IMG/VR virus record: IMGVR_UViG_3300024270_000010
Reading direction: 5' to 3' (one strand)
Origin: a virus
Lineage: Duplodnaviria; Heunggongvirae; Uroviricota; Caudoviricetes
Length of the DNA stretch: 64,000 nt
Shown here: positions 53,760-62,672 of the stretch, piece by piece
Layout of the letters: the number at the start of each line of letters is the position of its first letter
How positions within the stretch are numbered: the stretch's first letter is position 1
Translations under genes and position numbers: made by a program
Notes under the pieces: generated by a model
What the model saw: the letters and a program-made list of their open reading frames with translations, nothing else
What the model was told of the DNA's origin: nothing
The model's database searches: none

Positions 53760-53795
53760 TCAAAAATAAGACAAGTAAATTCGTCAGCTTTGTCC
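53760..53795 (-). promoter_or_regulatory. Tripartite motif, copy 7, upstream of the HNH
   Basis: GGAC-N10-AAT-N13-TTTTGA on the minus strand. Confidence 0.55.
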
Positions 53796-53844
53796 GGAGT
53801 TTTACACAACGAACTTACCTAACCAAAGTTGCACAAGCAACTTA

Positions 53845-54078
53845 TCAATCATGCTCTCCTATTGCTTCATCTAAAATCTGAATAAAACGCATCATATCTC
53901 GTTCATGCCTACGTATGACAGCCTCATGTGCTTTTGGTTCAGAGAACCCTTTACACTTCATCAATTCAATTTTGTCGTGTTCAAAGGCTTTTGCCTGGTA
54001 TTCCTTAAAACGGAATACCAGACTATCAAACATATAACCCTTTAAATGCTTATTATCACTAAAATGTACTTTTTCCAT
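53845..54078 (-). CDS. Hypothetical protein (77 aa)
   Basis: ATG downstream of its own promoter (54126-54098). Confidence 0.55.
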   Translation of the reverse strand: MEKVHFSDNKHLKGYMFDSLVFRFKEYQAKAFEHDKIELMKCKGFSEPKAHEAVIRRHERDMMRFIQILDEAIGEHD

Positions 54079-54097
54079 ACTAATACCTTTTATTTTT

Positions 54098-54126
54098 ATT
54101 ATACCAAAATATTTCTTATAAATCAA
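54098..54126 (-). promoter_or_regulatory. sigmaA-type promoter
   Basis: TTGATT-N17-TATAAT with TG extended -10. Confidence 0.75.
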
Positions 54127-54445
54127 TAAGGAACATATTGTTGTCCAATTTAAGAAAATCTTCATCCCACTCAATTTGGGGAAAAATTTCTAAATCGCTT
54201 TTTTGTTTTGGGTTTTCGGCTGGCGCGTCTGGCACCGGTCGGATGGCGTCTTGGAGAGCAATTATATTGGCAATAGCATTGCTTATCGCTCTTTCAAGTT
54301 CATCGACTCTACATTCAAGCACTCGAAAAGAATCACTCAATGTAGTTGCAGTACTAGCCATATCACAAGTTAGCATATCAACTCTATCTTGGATTAGATC
54401 AACCATGTACTTTGCGCCATCAGCAGTTAATACTTGTAATGCCAT
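54116..54445 (-). CDS. Hypothetical coiled-coil protein (109 aa)
   Basis: AAGGAGG RBS; heptad pattern. Confidence 0.6.
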   Translation of the reverse strand: MALQVLTADGAKYMVDLIQDRVDMLTCDMASTATTLSDSFRVLECRVDELERAISNAIANIIALQDAIRPVPDAPAENPKQKSDLEIFPQIEWDEDFLKLDNNMFLIDL

Positions 54446-54454
54446 ATATCCTCC

Positions 54455-56248
54455 TTAGAAGTAATACTTCTGTTCACCAACAATTTCATAATCCTCAATA
54501 ATAATTTGAGGAGAAACACTTCCGTTCCAGACATTGCGTTCACATTTGCCAACTACATTGATGGTGATACAACCCATCTCACTCTTCAACTTCTCATATT
54601 CTTCTTGAGAAGATTTGAATTTGATAAGACTTGTGCCATTTGGTAAAGTGATCTTCAAAGTAGGACTCTTATCGGGAGACATGAGCACAATATTACCGCT
54701 TGATACATTGATATGTTCAATAGCAACAAATGGTTCATCAACGCCTTGACCCCAAAGAGATTTCAAACCAGCAATCTCAATGATATCACTACCTCTGAAA
54801 TCTGCTCCACTGAAAATGAAATCAACTTTATAACAAGGAGTAAAATCAAACTCAGCCAAAGCCTTATTTGAATACTCCACAAATTCAGAAAATACTTTAT
54901 CGTAAATGCCAACGCCGAGCGCATTAGCATGGCCTTCCGCATACATTACCAGGCCACTATTTTGTAGGAACTGGCGCAAATTATCAAACTTAGATTTATC
55001 ATAACCACGACCAGAGCCTTCCCAGCTTTGCTCCTGTAAAGTCATAATCTTCTTACCATTGGTATCAAATATGTCTTGCTCAGTAATTGTCTTATTCAGT
55101 AGTAAAACTGGACGCTGGTATTTAGCCATAAGTTGGTTGGCGATAAGACCGGTTAGATTGCGATCCGCAGAAAAAGAATCCAGCTTGATTGCCAGAATTT
55201 TATTCTTCAATAAATCTTTTTGCTTGATAATAGCTTCAATAGTCTCAAGCGCAGCATCTCTTGCCTTAGTCTGACGATTTTTGATATTCGTACAATTTCG
55301 GCACGCCTGCTCTACGCGAGTTTCTTGCTGACCCTTACAGCCTCTCTTGGTTGAAGGAATTAGCTCATATCCACGATAATCTAACATCGATTCAAACATC
55401 AATAACTTTTCCTCTTGGCTACCCATTCGGATAGTAGCATTGACATATGGAGCAACATAGAACGCAATACCAATAGGAGTGATACCGTCCTTTAGCGAAT
55501 ACTGTTGCTTATCAACCATGCCTTTGAAATAAGGATTTCTGATATTTTGTAAGCCACGATGAATTAAATGCTTGGTTTCAAAATCTCTCAAATCCATCAT
55601 ATCGGCAATCATGCCAAGAGCAACCAAATCAAGAAACTGATCGGCATAATCAACATTCATAAGTTCGTCAATATAAGAACAAAACTTATAAACCATGCCG
55701 ACACCAGAAAGAGATTTAGTTGGATAATCACATAGCTGGTTATTGATAACGCAAGCATATTCGCTAACTTTTTCAGCTTCGTGGTGGTCAATAACCAGAA
55801 CATCTACTCCACGCTCATGGAGCTTTTTATGTTCTTCATAATCATTTGAACTTGAGTCTGGCGCAATTACCAACTTTACATCAGCTGGAATTGTATTGAG
55901 AATAATACCATGTTCTTTACCATTATGGATGCGGTAATAAACATTATTCTGAACATATCCAGGAAATAGGCAGTTCAAATAATTGATTAGTGTTGCCGCT
56001 GAAGTGTAACCATCACAGTCGCTATCAATTTGGATTAGGATCTTGTGTCCTTGCGAGATGTGATAAATCAACAGCTTTACACCCTACGCGATATTCGCAA
56101 TAAGGGAGGGTGCTAAAATGTCTTCATCAGTTGTATTTAGATAATGCTCAATTTTATCGGGTTCAATGCCACGATTTACGAGTACCTGTTCGACCGCAGA
56201 TAAAACATCCTTGTGCGGGATGCGAGGTACTATTAGTTGATATTCCAA
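54455..56248 (-). CDS. recJ: RecJ-like DHH single-strand exonuclease (597 aa; TAG read-through)
   Basis: TTG start after AAAGGAGG; TAG at codon 55 (56086-56084); DSDCDG, DHH, IAD, GSGR and GHANALG motifs. Confidence 0.9.
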
Positions 56249-56274
56249 AAGAAATCAACCTCCTTTCATAATCC

Positions 56275-56595
56275 TTACCACTCCTTAGGATAAAAAAATT
56301 CGTAGTGACGAGGACCAAAAGGACAGCAAAGGGTTCGTAAAATTACAAGATAACAAAATTCCTGAGATACACGAGCATCAATCAAAGCATAATTGGCACG
56401 AATACCTCTACCGCTTTCATTTGCGGGAGCTACTCTCCAATAATCTCCATTTTCAAATTCAATAAATGAATTACTACGGGAATATATTTCTCTAACTGGA
56501 TTGATACCTTTCCAAATATATTCATCTCGGACGCATTTTAATTGTCTTACACCATCGCCTGCTCTATCACAGGACCAAATAACACCTTTTATCAT
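56275..56595 (-). CDS. Hypothetical protein (106 aa)
   Basis: ATGA overlap with the upstream gene. Confidence 0.55.
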   Translation of the reverse strand: MIKGVIWSCDRAGDGVRQLKCVRDEYIWKGINPVREIYSRSNSFIEFENGDYWRVAPANESGRGIRANYALIDARVSQEFCYLVILRTLCCPFGPRHYEFFYPKEW

Positions 56596-56924
56596 TCTTT
56601 TTTCCTCGTTCCTGCCCAACGGCGCTTACCAATCTCATGTCCTTCTGGACACATGGTGGCCGCTTCAATATGTATTTCTTTCTCATACTCATAGGGTTCT
56701 AGGTAACCCATCAATGGATTGATGCAAGTTGTCTTTTCTTCTTCAAAAAACTTTGTATTACAATCCTTTTTATAGTACCAGCGACCGCATCCACTACACC
56801 AGTTACCCTGCGCCTGAACATCAGTTTGAAGTTGAAGTAGCGCATCAAATGAATTAGCAATTACATTCATTCGCTCTTGAATGTCGTCGGGACCATTTTT
56901 GAATACTTCTTCTAAAATTAACAT
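56592..56924 (-). CDS. Hypothetical protein with CxxC (110 aa)
   Basis: TAATG coupling to the primase; WCSGCGRW. Confidence 0.55.
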   Translation of the reverse strand: MLILEEVFKNGPDDIQERMNVIANSFDALLQLQTDVQAQGNWCSGCGRWYYKKDCNTKFFEEEKTTCINPLMGYLEPYEYEKEIHIEAATMCPEGHEIGKRRWAGTRKKE

Positions 56925-58027
56925 TAGAGAATTATCCTTTCTTTGAATAATTGTAAAAATATCTGCGGGCCGCAGTCGATCGGTGAGTCCTTGTATCCTG
57001 TAACCATATTCTTATCAAAGATAAAAGAAATTGTAGTAAAGTTCTTATATCTATCTCTTAGTCTGATTAGATTAGTTTTTAGGCGCTTATATTCAGCATC
57101 GCCAATTTCCTTGAACTGACGGTCAAAGGCAATGATTACTTCTTCGGCGCCCACATCCAAAAGCATCTGCATCTGGTGCGAAGATACACTTGAACCGCAA
57201 CACGCAACAGAAATATCATTTTCCAAACCAAAATAAGATTTATATAATAAACAGGATTTCTCACCTTCAAAGATAATAGCCTTTTTCATAAGACTAATAT
57301 TATCTTTACTAAAATTGAAATTATATAAGTTCATGCCAAGAGGATGATTATATAATACTTTATTGATTTTTAGAGGTCTATACTTACCATACAACTCGCC
57401 CTCTTCTGCGCATACAGTTCGTCCGCGCAAACCAACAAATCTTCCATCCTTATCAAAGTGCGGGATGGTTATTTGATCTCCTCCTGGATAAAAACCAATG
57501 CGAGCTTGGTCTAATGCGGCCTGGGAAATACCCTCCCGCAACCACGGGCCAATCTTCACCTTGTAGTTGAAGCGTTCCAATATGTCATTTTCATAATCTT
57601 TTAGTAAAATCGTATTAGACTTCACAGAGACTTCTTGAATACGCTCGTAGTTAGCAAGAAACTTCCAATCGTCTAATGCTTCATCGTCTGGGCCATCTTC
57701 ATGTTCGCCAGAAAATCCAAATCTTTGAGCGACCCACCTTACTGCGTCGTTAAGGTCAAAGTCTTTATCCCATTGGATTTTCGCAACTTTGATGACTAAC
57801 TCAAACGGGTCGAAATATTCGTCGCAACCAGTGAAACACTTGAACAGACCTGTATTCTCATAATAATACAATTTACGACTACCTTCTCCAGGAGGATTGT
57901 GGCAGATAGTAGAAGAGGTGAGCCCGAACGATGTGCGTCCGGGATCACCGCCAAATTCTTGAAGTAAATCGTATATATAGTCAGTTGTAAGTGCTTCTCT
58001 GATTTTGACTTTATCAAAGACGAGCAT
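56924..58027 (-). CDS. dnaG: DNA primase (zinc finger + TOPRIM)
   Basis: TICHN..FKCFTGC zinc finger; GLRGR; IIFEGEKS; AFD TOPRIM motifs. Confidence 0.85.
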   Translation of the reverse strand: MLVFDKVKIREALTTDYIYDLLQEFGGDPGRTSFGLTSSTICHNPPGEGSRKLYYYENTGLFKCFTGCDEYFDPFELVIKVAKIQWDKDFDLNDAVRWVAQRFGFSGEHEDGPDDEALDDWKFLANYERIQEVSVKSNTILLKDYENDILERFNYKVKIGPWLREGISQAALDQARIGFYPGGDQITIPHFDKDGRFVGLRGRTVCAEEGELYGKYRPLKINKVLYNHPLGMNLYNFNFSKDNISLMKKAIIFEGEKSCLLYKSYFGLENDISVACCGSSVSSHQMQMLLDVGAEEVIIAFDRQFKEIGDAEYKRLKTNLIRLRDRYKNFTTISFIFDKNMVTGYKDSPIDCGPQIFLQLFKERIIL

Positions 58028-58338
58028 TAGTTGATGTCAACAAGGACCTTGACGCAATAGCCCTTCAGACCGCACTCCTGATTTACATACTTACACAGGA
58101 CTTCCTGGGGAGTGCCAGGCAACTTACCGCTCTTGGACTTAGCTGCCTTCAGAATCTCTTCTGCCATCAGCTTGCCCATCTTATACTCGATGGTGCCAGC
58201 ACAAACATCGGGAGCGGGCTGACGAATGTCGCTCTTACTGCCGAAGTCCTTATTACGGGGAGCGTTGTTCTTATTGCGGTTGAAGTTACCCTTGGTCTTG
58301 TTATTTCTCTTGTTGTCATTCTTTACAAACTCTGCCAT
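58027..58338 (-). CDS. Basic hypothetical protein with N/K/R-rich N-terminus (103 aa)
   Basis: ATG at 58338 after AAAGGAG. Confidence 0.6.
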   Translation of the reverse strand: MAEFVKNDNKRNNKTKGNFNRNKNNAPRNKDFGSKSDIRQPAPDVCAGTIEYKMGKLMAEEILKAAKSKSGKLPGTPQEVLCKYVNQECGLKGYCVKVLVDIN

Positions 58339-58417
58339 ATTATTTATCTCCTTTATATTTCCAATTCCAAAATCGGAATCGTGTAACAAATTTAGTTTAG
58401 CTCTCAACCCTCGTTGC

Positions 58418-59956
58418 TTAGTCGCACTCAAAGGCAGATTCTTCGTCGATTCTAATTCGTACATCATCAATACTTACCATTTCATAATCATAGGTAGTGC
58501 AGAACATTGGCTTGATTCTACATACACCCAAGTCTGCCTTACACCACAAAATTACACCCTTGTATCTTCCTCGTCTATTTTTGTAAACCGACATTTTGAT
58601 TGTAGGTCTTTCAAAAACATTTGTAGACAAGATATTTTCCAGAGCAACAAGGTCATCGTCTTTTACCGCCAATAGAATTGAACCATAGTCAATCTTATCC
58701 GCAATAGACTTAGCACCACGAAGTAGATTTTGGTCAGGAGTCTTACTGTCTTGATAATCGCCATTTAGCTGAGTAGCAGACATAATAAATACTCCATATT
58801 GATTACAAATATCTTTCAAACGAGTGGATAACATAAATAGAATATTATCTTCTCTCAATTTTACGCCGCCAGATCGACGAGTAATTTCTTCCAAGATTTT
58901 TAGACTTGTATGAATATAATCATGGAAAATATATTTGACACCATGGTCGCGAATATTCTTCTTGATTTTATTCTCAATATCCTGAAGAGAGAAGTCAGGA
59001 AGTTCTTCTACATAAATTGGACTCTCTTTTAAGAGTTTTGCGGCCTGAAGCACGCGCTCTTTTTCACCCTCGCCATATTCACTGTAAATGATATGTTCCT
59101 CATTTACATTAGACAAGAATGCCAACATCATAGTTTGAATTTCCTCAAGGTCCTGCTCTGTTGCGATGAATAGGACTGGTTCCGCAGGACCGCTACCAAT
59201 CCACCCGAAAGTTTCATCGTAAATCTTATTACAGCCAATATAACAGGCATCCGCAATCATTGAACGAGTCTTACCGATACCAGTAGCCGCGGACCGCAAA
59301 TAAAATTTCTTCAATCTTGCTCCACGAGTGACTGTATTTACCAATGGACCATATAATGGAACACCAGCTTCTGGATGCTCAGCAAATCGTTCAATTAGTT
59401 CAAAAATACCTTCAGCGGCTTGTTGGGCCTCGCCAAAGGCGTCATCAACATACTGAAGTCGGATAGAGTCAATCTTGGCATCAACCTTGTCCGCAATCTG
59501 TTCCAGCGTCGCATTATCTAATTGGTCCTCCTGTAATTGTTTTTTCTTTGTATCTAAAATATTGTCGGCATCGTAAATATCAGATACATCAACACCGCAA
59601 TTATCATACGCACGAAGCAAAGAGAATTTCTTCAATCGTCCATAATAATAATCAAATGCTGATGGCATACAATTTTCTGATATTTTTAGTAGCCATTCTT
59701 CGCCCTTGCCTTGCTTATAGACTGCCGCACTCTTGGGGCGAGAACTGAAAAAGTCTGATAGACTTTCTAATGTGATTTTATTTGCGCCAAGCTCATGGAT
59801 TTTGTAAATTGCACCGAATACAGTTTTATGGAATGTATCAGCGAAATCTTCATCCACGATTGAATACTTATCAGTGATTTCCAAAAGACGAGGATTATTG
59901 AACACACAACCAATAACCTGCATTACCGCAGTTGTATCAACATATTTGCTACCCAT
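58418..59956 (-). CDS. dnaB: DnaB-like replicative helicase
   Basis: SAATGIGKTR Walker A; ATEQ; FHDYIH; SATQLN; DKID; YKNRRG. Confidence 0.9.
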   Translation of the reverse strand: MGSKYVDTTAVMQVIGCVFNNPRLLEITDKYSIVDEDFADTFHKTVFGAIYKIHELGANKITLESLSDFFSSRPKSAAVYKQGKGEEWLLKISENCMPSAFDYYYGRLKKFSLLRAYDNCGVDVSDIYDADNILDTKKKQLQEDQLDNATLEQIADKVDAKIDSIRLQYVDDAFGEAQQAAEGIFELIERFAEHPEAGVPLYGPLVNTVTRGARLKKFYLRSAATGIGKTRSMIADACYIGCNKIYDETFGWIGSGPAEPVLFIATEQDLEEIQTMMLAFLSNVNEEHIIYSEYGEGEKERVLQAAKLLKESPIYVEELPDFSLQDIENKIKKNIRDHGVKYIFHDYIHTSLKILEEITRRSGGVKLREDNILFMLSTRLKDICNQYGVFIMSATQLNGDYQDSKTPDQNLLRGAKSIADKIDYGSILLAVKDDDLVALENILSTNVFERPTIKMSVYKNRRGRYKGVILWCKADLGVCRIKPMFCTTYDYEMVSIDDVRIRIDEESAFECD

Positions 59957-59967
59957 GCGCGCCTCCT

Positions 59968-60618
59968 TTATTCATCTAAAAATGTAAATAATTGACGCTT
60001 CTTGACTGTGCTCTGCGGTCTTGGGATAACAATCTCTTTGACTTTTGGAGTGTATAGTTCAATTTGGACGTCCTTGTTTTTCTGTTGAGTAAGCCATAAG
60101 TTATAGTGATAATTGTAAGCATCCTTATATACATAAGGCACAATACCAATACCACCATTTGCCTTCGACTTATCTCCGCCTTTTATTTCGTAATGATAGT
60201 ATAATGCTTTTTGGATGCCCGAATAAGTATAATTATATTCCTCCACATATTTTTTGATTTGTGCTTTTACTCTTGGCTCGATAAAAGAAATTTGGAATAA
60301 TTCTTTGATATAATCTTCCAACTTTTCTCGATCAGTTTTTTCACGATGCTCTTCTAAATCTTTACAAGCGGCGTGAACATATTTACCATTACCAATCATT
60401 ACACAATCTGCGTCCTTTTTGGATAATAGCTTTTTACAGTAAGCACAAGTCACATTGTCTGAGGGGTCAATAATTTCTACTTTCAGAGCTGGGTTCTTTG
60501 CTGCTTCACGAAGCATACAGGCGGCATGAGCATAACGACGAGCACCCACTAAGGCATACTCTTCCTTATCTCTATCAAACTTAGCTTTACAATATGGACA
60601 GATGACAATATGCGCCAC
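59968..60618 (-). CDS. Zinc-binding replication protein with two CxxC...HxxC fingers (possible helicase loader)
   Basis: CPYC...HAAC and CAYC...HAAC; directly upstream of dnaB. Confidence 0.55.
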   Translation of the reverse strand: MAHIVICPYCKAKFDRDKEEYALVGARRYAHAACMLREAAKNPALKVEIIDPSDNVTCAYCKKLLSKKDADCVMIGNGKYVHAACKDLEEHREKTDREKLEDYIKELFQISFIEPRVKAQIKKYVEEYNYTYSGIQKALYYHYEIKGGDKSKANGGIGIVPYVYKDAYNYHYNLWLTQQKNKDVQIELYTPKVKEIVIPRPQSTVKKRQLFTFLDE

Positions 60619-60652
60619 TATTATGCTCCTTTCTTTTCATTTCTTATATTAT

Positions 60653-60681
60653 ATTATACCAAAAAATATAAAAAAAATCAA
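60653..60681 (-). promoter_or_regulatory. sigmaA-type promoter
   Basis: TTGATT-N17-TATAAT with TG extended -10; the -35 overlaps the terminator. Confidence 0.75.
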
Positions 60682-60706
60682 GTCGGAGCGGATCGCCCCG
60701 ACTTGA
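60671..60706 (-). terminator. Rho-independent terminator
   Basis: TCAAGTCGG..CCGACTTGA stem with a U-run on the minus strand. Confidence 0.8.
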
Positions 60707-60714
60707 CATAAATA

Positions 60715-61686
60715 TTACATCAGGTCAGCCTTAATATCGCTAACGATTAGGCTTACAAACTCAGCCTGCTCGGGAGTGGTATCACTTACCTTCTTGCCCT
60801 TACCAAGATACTTCTCAACAACAGCAGTGATCTTGGGGCCATTGGTAGTGCCCTTGCTCATCAGCTGTCCAACCAGATCCTGGAACTCACCCATCAGAGC
60901 CTCATAATTATAAGAAACTTCAACGGGAGCAACAATGCGCTCATTGGTTACGAACTGACCAGCAGTTTCGACTGCTTCCTTATCGATAGCTTCATTTAGA
61001 GCATCGATCAAGTTCTTATAGCTCATAGTAATCTCAACAGGCATATGCTTGAAGCGGCAGCCGCACTCAATAATACCAGAGCCATCACGCAGAGTTAGAA
61101 CAGACATTTCACCGGCGGCCTTCTGATGAGCATAACCATAAATGTCAGCCATACCAGCGATAACGGTCTTGGTAGAATTGCTCAACTGAGGACGAATCTT
61201 GGTGGTCTTAGTACCATCAGGATTATCAATACTCTCCAGCTTTTCGTGTCCGATGAAGAACACAGCATAACCCAGTTGAGTTAGTCCACGGAAGACTTCG
61301 TTGAATTCATCCTTGAACTTAGTCCAGCCCTTGCCGTAACCCATATCACCCAGGTCTTCGATGCCATTCTGATTGCAGATATACTTTTTACAACGATCAG
61401 CGGCAATATCGATAGTATCAACGATAACACAGTTATACATTTCCTTGACCTCAGGCATCTTCAACTGACGATAAACCTGCTTCATTTCGGCCCAAGAAGT
61501 AATATCCTGTGCCATGATACCAGGCAGTGCGTGGTAACCAGGCTCGAAAGCCAGCAATAGAGGCTTATCCATCTGGGCGGCAAGAGTGGTCTTGCCGCAC
61601 TTAGGAGCGCCATAAATATAAGTAATGTAACCACTTAGGTCACGAGAAACCTTGTGAGGCTTCAAAGCCAATAAATCAATAGCCAT
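60715..61686 (-). CDS. AAA-family ATPase (Sak4-like recombinase)
   Basis: YGAPKCGKTT; VIVDTID; FIGH; adjacent to the SSB-like gene. Confidence 0.8.
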   Translation of the reverse strand: MAIDLLALKPHKVSRDLSGYITYIYGAPKCGKTTLAAQMDKPLLLAFEPGYHALPGIMAQDITSWAEMKQVYRQLKMPEVKEMYNCVIVDTIDIAADRCKKYICNQNGIEDLGDMGYGKGWTKFKDEFNEVFRGLTQLGYAVFFIGHEKLESIDNPDGTKTTKIRPQLSNSTKTVIAGMADIYGYAHQKAAGEMSVLTLRDGSGIIECGCRFKHMPVEITMSYKNLIDALNEAIDKEAVETAGQFVTNERIVAPVEVSYNYEALMGEFQDLVGQLMSKGTTNGPKITAVVEKYLGKGKKVSDTTPEQAEFVSLIVSDIKADLM

Positions 61687-61710
61687 ATTTTATGTCCTCC
61701 TCAGATTTGA

Positions 61711-62655
61711 TTAGAAATTGAAGCCACCAGCGGCAGGAGCAGCAGCGCCAGCCTTAGGAGCAGCGTTACGGGATGCCTTGTATTCATCCTGACGCTTCTT
61801 CATAGCAGCCAAATCAACTTCACGCTTCTGGATAGCCTCGTTCAGTTCAGCAACGGTGATAGAACCTTCATCGTCCCAAACATAAGGCTCCTTAGCAGCG
61901 CCAGTAATAACGAAGTCACGACGAGTGTTCTTTACCTCACGAACTTCATCTTCACCGAAGGCGGATTCAGTACGAATCTGCTTTACAACAGTCTCAGAAA
62001 CCTGGCGGCCCCAGACACAGGTGAAGACAGGATTCTTCTGAGAAGCTTCCAGACCCTCAAAGTATCTCATAGCATTGGGGTTGGTAGCACTGAATTCGAT
62101 AGGCATCAAATCCTTACGGAAGTTGAAGATAGCACCCTTGACAACGCACTTTTCAGGCAAGCTCTTCTCTTCATCAGCGTCAACGTGAGTAACGCAGGTG
62201 ATAATCATATCAGCCTTGAAAGTGTTACGGACCTTTTCGTCCTCGTCCAGAGCGTCAACCTTGTGAACGAAACCACCCTCGTTACGCTTTGCAGAAACCA
62301 GCTCTTCCTTACCATTACGGTCAGTATAGAACTCATTCAAGCCCAGGGCAGAATCAACACGAAGCTTAACAGCCTTATCGGCGCCATCCTTCATATAAGT
62401 ACCAAAAGTACCATTGATGATATTAGAAAGAGTGGTGTAAGTGTCGTTAGGCTTACCAGAACCAAAAGTGGCAGTCACATAAGTGAAGTGAACAGGAACA
62501 ATGTTGGTCATGGCATCATCAGTTGCGATACTGATAGTACCGGTGATGAAGGGAGTGCCAGGATTCTTGGAAGTATCACCAGAAACCTTGGCTTCCAAAG
62601 CGTGTTCGTACAATACACCCTCGATGTGAGTCTGATTAATCATAGTCTTTTTCAT
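61711..62655 (-). CDS. ssb: Single-stranded DNA-binding protein-like (314 aa)
   Basis: Two OB-like beta-rich halves; flexible A/P tail ending GGFNF; position next to the recombinase. Confidence 0.6.
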   Translation of the reverse strand: MKKTMINQTHIEGVLYEHALEAKVSGDTSKNPGTPFITGTISIATDDAMTNIVPVHFTYVTATFGSGKPNDTYTTLSNIINGTFGTYMKDGADKAVKLRVDSALGLNEFYTDRNGKEELVSAKRNEGGFVHKVDALDEDEKVRNTFKADMIITCVTHVDADEEKSLPEKCVVKGAIFNFRKDLMPIEFSATNPNAMRYFEGLEASQKNPVFTCVWGRQVSETVVKQIRTESAFGEDEVREVKNTRRDFVITGAAKEPYVWDDEGSITVAELNEAIQKREVDLAAMKKRQDEYKASRNAAPKAGAAAPAAGGFNF

Positions 62656-62672
62656 AATTAAAATAAATCTCC

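Noticed and set aside
53770-53830. c-di-GMP-I riboswitch-like words (GTAAAC...CAAAGC)
   Set aside because: It lacks the GAAA tetraloop/receptor P2 architecture and is better explained by the late motif and leader hairpins
58339-58470. Extended N-terminus of ORF 58027-58470 and TTG/GTG extensions of nrdD, gmk, HNH and 53845-54174
   Set aside because: They overlap upstream genes or promoters; downstream ATGs with a clear RBS or translational coupling are better starts
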